Source: an uncultured Flavobacteriales bacterium
Lineage (GTDB): Bacteria; Bacteroidota; Bacteroidia; Flavobacteriales_D; Sanyastnellaceae
Assembly (NCBI GenBank): GCA_938084585.1
Contig: CALKFF010000041.1
Coordinates: forward strand, 20,720 to 84,719
Reading direction: 5' to 3'
DNA: 64,000 bases
Each line of letters opens with the position of its first letter. Positions within the stretch are counted from its first letter, which is position 1. The translations under genes and the position numbers were made by a program. Positions 34,610-45,680 of this stretch are shown here, in pieces. The notes under the pieces are model-generated. The model saw nothing but the letters and a program-made list of their open reading frames with translations. It ran no database searches and was not told the DNA's origin.

Positions 34610-36715
34610 TCAGTCTAGCTGGAAGATGCTGTCGTCCAATTCAACGTCGAAGGTCACCCGCACGGTGCGCTGGTGAATGGGTTGGCCGTCCACCACCGAC
34701 TTTCGGCTGGAAGCCACCTTCAAACCTTTCTCGCCGTGGGGGAGGTACAAATCCAAACGCTCCACCAGGAACGTGCCGTCGCCTGCGGGCTTCTTCGATT
34801 GGATCATCAACCCATCTTCGTTGCTGAACCAGAACGTCTCTGCCACGTCGTCGCGGGTGAATTCCACGAGGGTGCATGGAATGCCGTCCAAGGCTTCCAC
34901 CCCGAGAATGCGGCTGCTGTACCCTTCCTTTTCCAAGCCCCACAACCGGACCGGAGACAGGTCAGCCAGCTGCAGCGCAAGCTCGTCGGCGTCCATCGCG
35001 TTGGTTTCACCCATCGCCGATTGGCTTCCCGCCGATTCAGTCACGAGTTGGACCATCACCGGCTGGTTGGACATGAGCATTTCGGTGCGCTTGGCACGGT
35101 TGCCTTTTTCCAGGCGGATGGATTCTCGGAATTGGAGGTTCAAGCCCACCCCGAATTCGGCAGAGCCTTCGGCCACGATGGTTTTCACCTTGCCCCAAGC
35201 TTTCTTGCCTCCGATGGCTTCGAAGTGACGCTTGAGCACGTCGTTCACGGTCAGGTCTGCAGGGGCGTCCTGACGAGGCACTTGGCGTCGTCCGAACGCG
35301 TCGTATAGGTCGATGCCCTGGTGGTTGTCGAACACTTCCAGTTTCTCCATGACTTCCGGCGCCCCCACCACACAGATGTTGACGTTGTTGAATCGGATCA
35401 TGTCCTGGGCCACCCGCTGGACGTCTTCTGCTGTCACCGCCTCCAAGCGGGCGAGGTACGTCTGGTAGTAGTCCTCTGGCAGATGGTAGCGAGACGTGTT
35501 GAGTGCGAACCGCGCCACGGTGCCGGGGCTCTCCAACGAGCGTGCAAAGCCCCCGGCCAACGAGGCCTTCGCCGTGAACATCTCGGTGGAGTCTGGCTGC
35601 GTGTTGCGGATGCGGGCGATCTCGTACAAGAACTCCACCACCGCGCTGTCGGTCACTTCTGTGCGGACATCTGCGTAGGCCGAGAATTGGCCCATCACCG
35701 GGTCGGTCCGCAAGCTGGAGCGGGCGCCGTAGGTGAAGGCTTTGTCCTCACGAAGGTTCTGCATGAGGCGTCCGCTGAACACCCCACCGCCGAGGATGGA
35801 GTTGGCCACTTGTGCCGCTGCCGCATCGGGGTGTCCCGGAGGGAAGGGGATGGCGTGGGTCACGTTGATCGTGCTCTGCACCGCACCTTCCACAGGGGCG
35901 AAGTGGACCTCCATGCCCTTGGGCATGGCAGGTGGCAACACACGCTCGAAGGGAATGTTGCTCCGCCGCCATGTGCCGAAGTGCTTGTTGGCCTTCGCCT
36001 GGGCTTCTTCAGGGGTGATGTCTCCGATCGCGATGAGGTACGCAACGTTGGGGCGGAAGTACTTCCTGTGGTAGGCTTGAAGGTCTTCTCGGGCGATGGC
36101 CTTCAAGCTTCCCTCGGTCATGACTTCGCCGTAGGGGTGAAGCTCGCCGTAGTTGACGGCAGCCACCAGGTTGGCGGAGATTTCGCCAGGAGAGGTGCCG
36201 ATGTTGGCCAAGTTGGAGCCCATTTGGGTCTTCACCTTGTCCAGTTCCTCTTGGGGGAAGGTGGGGTTCAGGACGGCGTCTGCCACAATCTCGAGCAAGG
36301 TGTCCGTGTGCTTGGACAAGGAGCGCGCAGAAAATCCTGTGGCGGAGGCGTTGAACGACGCCCCGAGGAATTCAATCTCCTCGGCGATCTCCGCTTTGGT
36401 GCGGGATTCAGTGCCGCTGGACATCATGGCGCTGGCCACGTCCATCATGCCGGCCTTGTCGCCCTCCTGGAACGGCTGGAACTCCAGGGTCATGCTCCAA
36501 TAGACAGACGGGGTCTTGTGGTTTTCCACCACGATCAACGTCATGCCGTTGGCGAGTTTGACTTCGGTGCTTGTGCCGATGTTCAACTCAGGCGCTGGGC
36601 CAGGCTCTGGGGCTGTGCTTCGGTCGATTTGGGCAGAAGCGGTGAAGCCCACGGCCCACAACATCAAGACCTGGGCGAGGCCTGCGAAAGAAATTCGGGA
36701 AGGAATGCAGTTCAT
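34610..36715 (-). CDS. M16 (pitrilysin) family protein, non-catalytic subunit type, with a roughly 230-aa C-terminal extension
   Basis: 701 aa with a signal peptide. Two M16 half-domains but no HxxEH motif. Extra C-terminal domain (residues about 470-701). Confidence 0.8.
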   Translation of the reverse strand: MNCIPSRISFAGLAQVLMLWAVGFTASAQIDRSTAPEPGPAPELNIGTSTEVKLANGMTLIVVENHKTPSVYWSMTLEFQPFQEGDKAGMMDVASAMMSSGTESRTKAEIAEEIEFLGASFNASATGFSARSLSKHTDTLLEIVADAVLNPTFPQEELDKVKTQMGSNLANIGTSPGEISANLVAAVNYGELHPYGEVMTEGSLKAIAREDLQAYHRKYFRPNVAYLIAIGDITPEEAQAKANKHFGTWRRSNIPFERVLPPAMPKGMEVHFAPVEGAVQSTINVTHAIPFPPGHPDAAAAQVANSILGGGVFSGRLMQNLREDKAFTYGARSSLRTDPVMGQFSAYADVRTEVTDSAVVEFLYEIARIRNTQPDSTEMFTAKASLAGGFARSLESPGTVARFALNTSRYHLPEDYYQTYLARLEAVTAEDVQRVAQDMIRFNNVNICVVGAPEVMEKLEVFDNHQGIDLYDAFGRRQVPRQDAPADLTVNDVLKRHFEAIGGKKAWGKVKTIVAEGSAEFGVGLNLQFRESIRLEKGNRAKRTEMLMSNQPVMVQLVTESAGSQSAMGETNAMDADELALQLADLSPVRLWGLEKEGYSSRILGVEALDGIPCTLVEFTRDDVAETFWFSNEDGLMIQSKKPAGDGTFLVERLDLYLPHGEKGLKVASSRKSVVDGQPIHQRTVRVTFDVELDDSIFQLD

Positions 36716-36718
36716 GGC

Positions 36719-38050
36719 TCAGTTGTCTTGGTAGAGAAAGTAAAGGGTGACGCGCTGCTCAGGCACGTAGTATTTCTGCGCCACCCGTTGGATGTCCTCT
36801 GGGGTGACGGCGAGGTAGCGCTCCACCTCGGTGTTGATGAGGTTGGCGTCCCCGAAGTAGGTGTGGTAGTTGGCCAAGCTCTCGGCGATGCCTGCCATGC
36901 TTTGGTTGCCCGTGGCGGCGTTGAACTCAATTTGGTTCTTGAGTTTTTGAAGTTCGCGGTCGCCAATGGGCTCCGCCTTCATGCGTTCCACTTCGTCGTT
37001 CATGGCACCTTCCACTTGGCTCGGATCCACGCCCATGTTGCACATGGCAAATGCCAAAGTCAATCCGGGATCCTCCAAGCCAAAGCTGAACGCGCCACAG
37101 TACAACGCCAATTGGTCCTGTTCCACCACGCGCTTGTTGAGGCGCGAGCTCTCACCTCCGCTCAACACTTGGTTGAGGAGGTCCACGGCGTAGTAGTCTG
37201 GAGTGCCCTGGGCAGGGATGGGGTAGGCCTGCAACACCATGGGCAGCCGGTCCTTGCCCCACACCGTGTCACGGACTTCGGCGGTGCGCAGGGGCTCCAC
37301 AATGTCCGGACGTGGGATGTCCCGTCCGCCGCGTGGGATGTCGGCGAAGTATGCCTCGACCAGTTCTTTGGCCTCGTCCACATTCAAGTCTCCGGCGATG
37401 CTCAAGGTCGCGTTTTCTGGCACGTAGAATGTCTCGTAGAAATCCATGAAGTCGGCGTGCGTGGCCGCGTCCAAATGTGCCATGGAGCCGATGGGCGTCC
37501 ACTGGTAGGGGTGCTCCTTGTAGGCGGCCTCCATCGTCTTGGGCAGCAACTGGCCGTAGGGCTGGTTGTCGTACCGCTGGCGCTTTTCTTCTTTCACCAC
37601 CTCATTTTGCGTGTCGATGCCGATCTGTTCAATCTTGGCGTGCAACATGCGCTCCGACTCGAGCCACAACCCGAGCTCGAGCTGGTTGCTCGGCAAAAGC
37701 TCGTAGTAGAAGGTGCGGTCCATGGAGGTGTTGGCGTTGAGGACGCCACCTGCATTTTCGACGTACGTGTCAAACTCCCCACGGCCGATGTGCTCGCTCC
37801 CTTCGAAGAGCAAGTGCTCGAAGAAGTGGGCCATCCCCGTGCGGGTGGGGTCCTCGTTTTTGGAACCGACGTGGTACAAGACGGTCACGGCCACCAAGGG
37901 GGTGGAGTGGTCTTCGTGCAGGATGACGTGCAAGCCGTTGTCCAAATCGAATTCGGTGAACTCAATTTGACGGGCTTCGCTTTGGGCCGAGAGCGACGAC
38001 GTCAGGGCCAACCCCATTGTTGCCAACAGCCAAGAAGGAGATAATCTCAT
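36719..38050 (-). CDS. M16 family zinc peptidase, catalytic subunit type
   Basis: Start at ATG 38050 (MRLSPSWLLATMGLALTSSLSAQ). Inverted zinc motif HFFEHLLFEG (HxxEH). Its stop lies 3 nt before the partner M16 gene's start. Confidence 0.85.
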   Translation of the reverse strand: MRLSPSWLLATMGLALTSSLSAQSEARQIEFTEFDLDNGLHVILHEDHSTPLVAVTVLYHVGSKNEDPTRTGMAHFFEHLLFEGSEHIGRGEFDTYVENAGGVLNANTSMDRTFYYELLPSNQLELGLWLESERMLHAKIEQIGIDTQNEVVKEEKRQRYDNQPYGQLLPKTMEAAYKEHPYQWTPIGSMAHLDAATHADFMDFYETFYVPENATLSIAGDLNVDEAKELVEAYFADIPRGGRDIPRPDIVEPLRTAEVRDTVWGKDRLPMVLQAYPIPAQGTPDYYAVDLLNQVLSGGESSRLNKRVVEQDQLALYCGAFSFGLEDPGLTLAFAMCNMGVDPSQVEGAMNDEVERMKAEPIGDRELQKLKNQIEFNAATGNQSMAGIAESLANYHTYFGDANLINTEVERYLAVTPEDIQRVAQKYYVPEQRVTLYFLYQDN

Positions 38051-38068
38051 GTGGGAAAATTGAGCCTG

Positions 38069-38094
38069 CAAGATAGGCGCATAGGGGTATCTTG
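38069..38094. promoter_or_regulatory. 7-bp inverted repeat CAAGATA-N12-TATCTTG in the M16 / hutH divergent spacer
   Basis: Each arm reads as a near-consensus -7 box (TATCTTGC minus strand, TATCTTGT plus strand) pointing at its own gene. It could equally be an operator. Confidence 0.3.
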
Positions 38095-38099
38095 TCGGC

Positions 38100-39623
38100 A
38101 TGGAACGAAGCCCGAGCAAACGCCGAGAAGTCCTGCCTGAGGGCTGGTGGAGCGCAGAGACTTGCTGGTCGTTGGACCCGGATGAATGCACGTTTGACTT
38201 GTCGGACGAAGCGAAGTCCAGGATTGAAGCCTGCCATGGTTTTCTCTTGTCGAAGGCTGGCCAAGGCGAGGTGATCTACGGCATCAACACGGGGTTCGGA
38301 GATTTGGCCACCACAGTGGTGGACGACCTGCACGGCTTGCAGCGAAACTTGTTGATTTCGCATGCCTGCGGCGTGGGGGAACCCCTCCCTCAAGATGTCG
38401 TGCGCATGATGCTCTTGCTCAAGGTGAAGGGGCTGTCCCAGGGTCATTCTGGCGTGGCCTTGACCACGGTGCAACGCTTGTTGGACCATTGGAACGCCAA
38501 GGTGCTGCCGGTGGTTCCTGAGCAAGGGTCGTTGGGGGCCTCGGGCGATTTGGCGCCCCTGGCGCACATGGTGTTGCCCTTGATTGGCCTGGGCGAGGTG
38601 ACCATGCCTGACGGGCGTCGTTTGCCGTCTGGCGAGGCGCTTGCAGAGCTCGGGTGGGAACCCCTTGAGTTGGGGCCCAAAGAGGGGCTCGCGTTGATCA
38701 ACGGAACCCAAATGATGTTGGGCGTGGGCATGGTGGCTTTGCAACGCATTGAACGGCTCGCCAGTTGGGCTGACGCTGTGGGTGCGTGGTCGTTGGAAGC
38801 GTGGAACGGCTTGGAAGCCGCCATGCACTCCTCCATCCATGCGGTGCGCAACCACGCTGGGGCCATCCTCTCGGCCCACAACATCCGAGCTTGGGTCGCA
38901 GGCAGCGCACGCGTGGCGCAGCCCAGGTCGTACGTGCAAGACCCGTATTCGTTCCGGTGCATGCCCCAAGTCCATGGCGCGTCGCGGGATGTGATGGAAG
39001 GGGTGAGGACGGTGTTTGAGGCGGAGATGAACGCGGTCACCGACAACCCGTTGGTGTTTCCTGAAGAAGATTTGATTGTGAGTGGGGGCAACTTCCACGG
39101 CCAACCGTTGGCGTTGGCCATGGACCGTTTGGCCTTGGCGGTCCACGAATGGGCCAGCATGTCCGAGCGGCGCACCTTCAAGATGTTGAGTGGCCAGCGC
39201 GGCCTGCCGGCGTTCTTGGCGGCCGACCCGGGCCTGAATTCGGGGTACATGATTCCACAGTACACGGCGGCGAGTTTGGTCTCCCACAACAAACAGCTGT
39301 GCACTCCCTCCAGCGCCGACAACGCCGACAGCAGCAACGGCCAAGAGGACCACGTGAGCATGGGGGCCAACGGCGCCTTGAAAATGTGGAAGGTTCTTGG
39401 CCATGCAGAGCAAGTTGTGGCCATCGAGGCCATGTGCGCGGCCCAGGCCAGCGATTTCAGGAAGTCAGACGTCGCCATGGCGCCAGCGCTGTCGGGCCTG
39501 CAGACCTCATTCCGTGAGGTGGTGCCCTTCTTGGAGAAAGACGCGGTGATGGCCCCTTTGATGGCCGCGGCCAAAACGTGGATCGTGTCGAACGATCCCC
39601 ATCAAGTTGGCACCCCATGTTGA
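38100..39623 (+). CDS. hutH: histidine ammonia-lyase
   Basis: 507 aa. MIO-forming GSLGASGDLAPLAH. Aromatic amino acid lyase fold motifs. Confidence 0.9.
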   Translation: MERSPSKRREVLPEGWWSAETCWSLDPDECTFDLSDEAKSRIEACHGFLLSKAGQGEVIYGINTGFGDLATTVVDDLHGLQRNLLISHACGVGEPLPQDVVRMMLLLKVKGLSQGHSGVALTTVQRLLDHWNAKVLPVVPEQGSLGASGDLAPLAHMVLPLIGLGEVTMPDGRRLPSGEALAELGWEPLELGPKEGLALINGTQMMLGVGMVALQRIERLASWADAVGAWSLEAWNGLEAAMHSSIHAVRNHAGAILSAHNIRAWVAGSARVAQPRSYVQDPYSFRCMPQVHGASRDVMEGVRTVFEAEMNAVTDNPLVFPEEDLIVSGGNFHGQPLALAMDRLALAVHEWASMSERRTFKMLSGQRGLPAFLAADPGLNSGYMIPQYTAASLVSHNKQLCTPSSADNADSSNGQEDHVSMGANGALKMWKVLGHAEQVVAIEAMCAAQASDFRKSDVAMAPALSGLQTSFREVVPFLEKDAVMAPLMAAAKTWIVSNDPHQVGTPC

Positions 39624-40369
39624 GGGATGAACTGGTCCTTCGGGGCAATTCGCTGTTCCGTTGGCGGAGTTTCTTGCCCCTAGCCTTGGTGCCGCCGGCG
39701 CTTTGGATGGGGTGGGAGGCCCCGGATTGGGCGCATGCCCAGGCTTGGCAGGTCTTGTGCTGGGGGGTGGGGCTGATTGGCCTCGGGGTTCGTGCCAAAA
39801 CCATCGGTCATGTTCCTCCCGGCACTTCAGGCAGAAACACCTCTGAAGGCCAAGTGGCCGAATCTCTGAACACCCGAGGGATGTACAGCTTGGTGCGCCA
39901 TCCCTTGTACTTGGGCAACTACCTGATGTGGATGGGTTTGGTGCTGGCGACGGGAAGGATGGACTTCGCCCTGGTGGTCACCCTGCTCTACATGATGTAC
40001 TACCTGCGGATTGCCATGGCAGAGGAGGCCTTTTTGGAGGGCAAATTCGGGGAGGCCTACGCCGAGTGGTCGCAACGTGTGCCCGCCTTTGTGCCGGGCC
40101 GATGGGGCGCCCGAAGGAGTGCATGGACGCCGGCGGGCAACGCCATCTCGTGGCGGCACGTGCTTAAGCGGGAATACAACGGCACGTATGCGCTCGTCCT
40201 TGGCTACTTCGCATTGGACGCAGTTCGCTCTGCAGGGGCCGGGGAACCGTCCCACTTGACCACGGGGTGGCAGGCTGGGTTGGCCGGGTGCACCTTGGCG
40301 TTTTTGGTATTGAGGTTCTTGAAGAAGCGCACCCAAGTCCTTCACGTGGAAGGACGGGAGTTCACGTGA
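39617..40369 (+). CDS. isoprenylcysteine carboxyl methyltransferase (ICMT)/phospholipid methyltransferase-like membrane protein
   Basis: ATG 39617 overlaps the hutH end (ATGTTGA). TM protein with GMYSLVRHPLYLGNYLMWMG and EEAFLEGKFGEAY motifs typical of the ICMT/PEMT superfamily. Confidence 0.7.
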   Translation: MLRDELVLRGNSLFRWRSFLPLALVPPALWMGWEAPDWAHAQAWQVLCWGVGLIGLGVRAKTIGHVPPGTSGRNTSEGQVAESLNTRGMYSLVRHPLYLGNYLMWMGLVLATGRMDFALVVTLLYMMYYLRIAMAEEAFLEGKFGEAYAEWSQRVPAFVPGRWGARRSAWTPAGNAISWRHVLKREYNGTYALVLGYFALDAVRSAGAGEPSHLTTGWQAGLAGCTLAFLVLRFLKKRTQVLHVEGREFT

Positions 40370-41159
40370 CTGCCGCCCGCCGCATGATGCGGCGAAGCAC
40401 GCCTGGCGCGAACCGCTTCAAGCACACAGCGAGGAGTTCTGTGCGGCCAATCAACGCTTGGGCTTGGTTGCGCTCCACGGCTCGGATCATTTTGGCGGCG
40501 CATGCCTCAGGAGACATGCCGGCGCCTGTTTTCGCATCCATGGTGCCTTGCTGAGAGCCGTCGCCGACCACGGCGTTCATGCTGATGTTGGTGTGGATGA
40601 ACCCGGGACACACCATGGTGACCTTGACGTTGTCGTCGTGGTGTTCCGCCCTCAGGGATTCGAAAAATCCGTGCAACGCGTGCTTTGCCCCGCAGTAACC
40701 TGAACGAAGGGGAGAGGAGAACAAGCCCATCAAGCTGGTCACCACCACGAAGTGGCCTTGCTTGCGTTCAACCATCTTGGGCAACAAGGCCTTGGTGAGG
40801 GCCAAGGTGCCGAAGTAGTCGATTTCCATCACACGTCGGTCCACCTCAAGCGTGGTGTCGAGCACCTTGGAACGCTGGCTGATGCCGCCACAATGGACCA
40901 TCACATCCACGGGGCCGTGGGTCGACTCCACGTGCGCCGCCACGCCGGACAAGCTGTCTGAGTCGGCCAAATCCAAGGTCACCACGTGGACCTCACAGCC
41001 CTCCGCTCGAAGCGGTTGGGCCACAGCCTCCAGAGCGTCTTGCTTGCGAGAGGAAAGCACCACTTTGGCGCCTTTCCTGGCCCACGCCTCGGCGCAGGCT
41101 TTTCCGATGCCGCTGCTGGCGCCGGTGACCCATACCAGTCTGTTGTTCCAAGTTGACAT
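40362..41159 (-). CDS. SDR family oxidoreductase
   Basis: Start at ATG 41159 (MSTWNNRLVWVTGASSGIGKA). TGxxxGxG, NNAG-like segment, and catalytic YCGAK. Confidence 0.85.
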   Translation of the reverse strand: MSTWNNRLVWVTGASSGIGKACAEAWARKGAKVVLSSRKQDALEAVAQPLRAEGCEVHVVTLDLADSDSLSGVAAHVESTHGPVDVMVHCGGISQRSKVLDTTLEVDRRVMEIDYFGTLALTKALLPKMVERKQGHFVVVTSLMGLFSSPLRSGYCGAKHALHGFFESLRAEHHDDNVKVTMVCPGFIHTNISMNAVVGDGSQQGTMDAKTGAGMSPEACAAKMIRAVERNQAQALIGRTELLAVCLKRFAPGVLRRIMRRAAVT

Positions 41160-41164
41160 GTGCT

Positions 41165-43909
<2,745 letters not shown>

Positions 43910-43928
43910 ACAAGGAATGTGGACAGCG

Positions 43929-45680
43929 TCAGAAGGCGTATTGCACGCCGCCAAGCACTTGAAATCCTTGCACCGGGTGCCCGCCCCACACGCTGTACCT
44001 CGTGTTGGCCAAGTTGGCCAGCGTCAGCCAGGCGCCCAAGCGGTCGTTGTATCGGTAATTGGTGGTCAGGTTGACGTCGAAATAACCTGGAAGTGCAAGT
44101 TGGTAATTGCCGTTGTCCAAGGGCTCAGGGTTGCCGTAGTTGGGGTCTTTGCTCAAGGCGTAGCGCTCACCGACGTATTGCACGTCTGCCTGGACGACAA
44201 GCCCTTCAATGACTTGGTAGGACACCGCGGCATCCCAGAGGAGGGTGGGGAGGTGCCATGCCTGGTCTTCGTTCCGCAGTTTGTAGCTGTTCAGGGTCAA
44301 GCTCCCTTTCAATTCAAACCGCTTTCCCAACGACAAGCCAACTTCACCTCCCAACGTGCGCACGTTCACGGTGTCGTACACCGCTTCAAACGAGGCGTAG
44401 GACGCGGTGTCGTTCACGACGGTGGAGGGCTTGAACAGCAAGAAATCCTCGTGCTGCGCCGAACTCGCGTGCCCATGGAACCGGAAATGTTCGGTCACGG
44501 TGCCGCGCACACCGCCGGCAAACGCCAGTCGCTTGTTCGTCGAGCGGAAGCCCGAGGCTTGGATGGTTTGGCTGTTCAACACCACCGGGCTGTCGAGGTG
44601 GTCGGGCGCAAAGAAGGGGTTGAGTTCCAAGGCGTCGTGCAGGTTGTTGGCCAAAAGTCCCCCGCCCACCTTCGCGTAGGGCACAAAGAGGTTGCGGAAC
44701 AAATTGACAGAGACCTCAGCACGCGGGTACACGTGCACAACGTCTCCAATTTCATCCCGGGTGGGTTGGTCCGCATCCAAGGCCACCCCAAGGCCCACCG
44801 TCGCGCGCCAGGGGCCTTTTTCTGTGGAGAGCTTGGGGTTCAACTGCACGATGGCCTGGTTGTAGGTCCGCGCGGTGTCCAATTGCGTGCGGTCCAGCTG
44901 GGCTTCCACCCCGATGTCCAACCGTTTGCCCCCCACATGGCGATGAAGGTTCAATTCGCCCTTGACGTGCCGTTCTGCGAGCCCGAGGTTGTTGGTCAGG
45001 TAATCGAACGCCGTGTTGAATTCGTGGTTGAACGCCGTGCTGTCCTTGCGGTGGCTTTTCAGCTGCAGGGCGGCACCAGCATGTCTCCATCGCAGGGCAG
45101 TCGCATCCACCGAGATGCTGTCCACAAACGTGCTGTCAAACCCAAACATCCGTGTTTTGTGCTGACCGACTTGGGCGTTGAAGGAGACCTTTTCCTGCCC
45201 GACAAAGCGCGAGTTCCACGCGTTGAACGTGTTTTCGTGAATCCTGCCAGAAAGCAGGTTGGATGGAGAGGAGGTGGAGGCATGGTGCAACGACGTGCCC
45301 CAACTGCCTTCACGGGACCGGAGATCCGTGTAGCTCGCGTCCAACAAGCTCGTGCCTCTGCTTCCGCCCCCGGCGCGAACGTGACCTCTGTAGAGGCGGG
45401 AGAGGGACGCGTCCACCCTCAGGCGCGTGGCCTCCACTGGGGTCATGGTGGGCTCGAATTGAAGCCGCTTCGAAAGCAGGTCGTAGCTCAATGTGGGCTT
45501 CTCGGAAGAGAGAGGCCTGGCCATGGGCCAGGAGCTCAACTTCACGGCGTCCCGCACTTCCATGGTGCGCTTGCCCACAAAGGTGACGTCCATGTCCAGG
45601 GAGTCCTGCTGGGTCAGTCCAGCCAGCGGCAGGAGGGCCCAACACACGAGGGACAATGCGAGGTGATTCGGCTGCTTCAT
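43929..45680 (-). CDS. large outer-membrane beta-barrel protein (hypothetical porin-like)
   Basis: 583 aa. Signal peptide MKQPNHLALSLVCWALLPLAGLTQQ. Alternating beta-strand pattern throughout. C-terminal GGVQYAF (terminal Phe). ATGA overlap with the TPR gene's stop. Confidence 0.7.
   Translation of the reverse strand: MKQPNHLALSLVCWALLPLAGLTQQDSLDMDVTFVGKRTMEVRDAVKLSSWPMARPLSSEKPTLSYDLLSKRLQFEPTMTPVEATRLRVDASLSRLYRGHVRAGGGSRGTSLLDASYTDLRSREGSWGTSLHHASTSSPSNLLSGRIHENTFNAWNSRFVGQEKVSFNAQVGQHKTRMFGFDSTFVDSISVDATALRWRHAGAALQLKSHRKDSTAFNHEFNTAFDYLTNNLGLAERHVKGELNLHRHVGGKRLDIGVEAQLDRTQLDTARTYNQAIVQLNPKLSTEKGPWRATVGLGVALDADQPTRDEIGDVVHVYPRAEVSVNLFRNLFVPYAKVGGGLLANNLHDALELNPFFAPDHLDSPVVLNSQTIQASGFRSTNKRLAFAGGVRGTVTEHFRFHGHASSAQHEDFLLFKPSTVVNDTASYASFEAVYDTVNVRTLGGEVGLSLGKRFELKGSLTLNSYKLRNEDQAWHLPTLLWDAAVSYQVIEGLVVQADVQYVGERYALSKDPNYGNPEPLDNGNYQLALPGYFDVNLTTNYRYNDRLGAWLTLANLANTRYSVWGGHPVQGFQVLGGVQYAF

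Noticed and set aside
35321-38044. 907-aa plus-strand ORF spanning both M16 peptidase genes
   Set aside because: It is a codon-aligned antisense shadow of both M16 genes, which share a frame. The composition is low-complexity and Gly/Val/His/Arg-rich. There is no promoter box or plausible start context.
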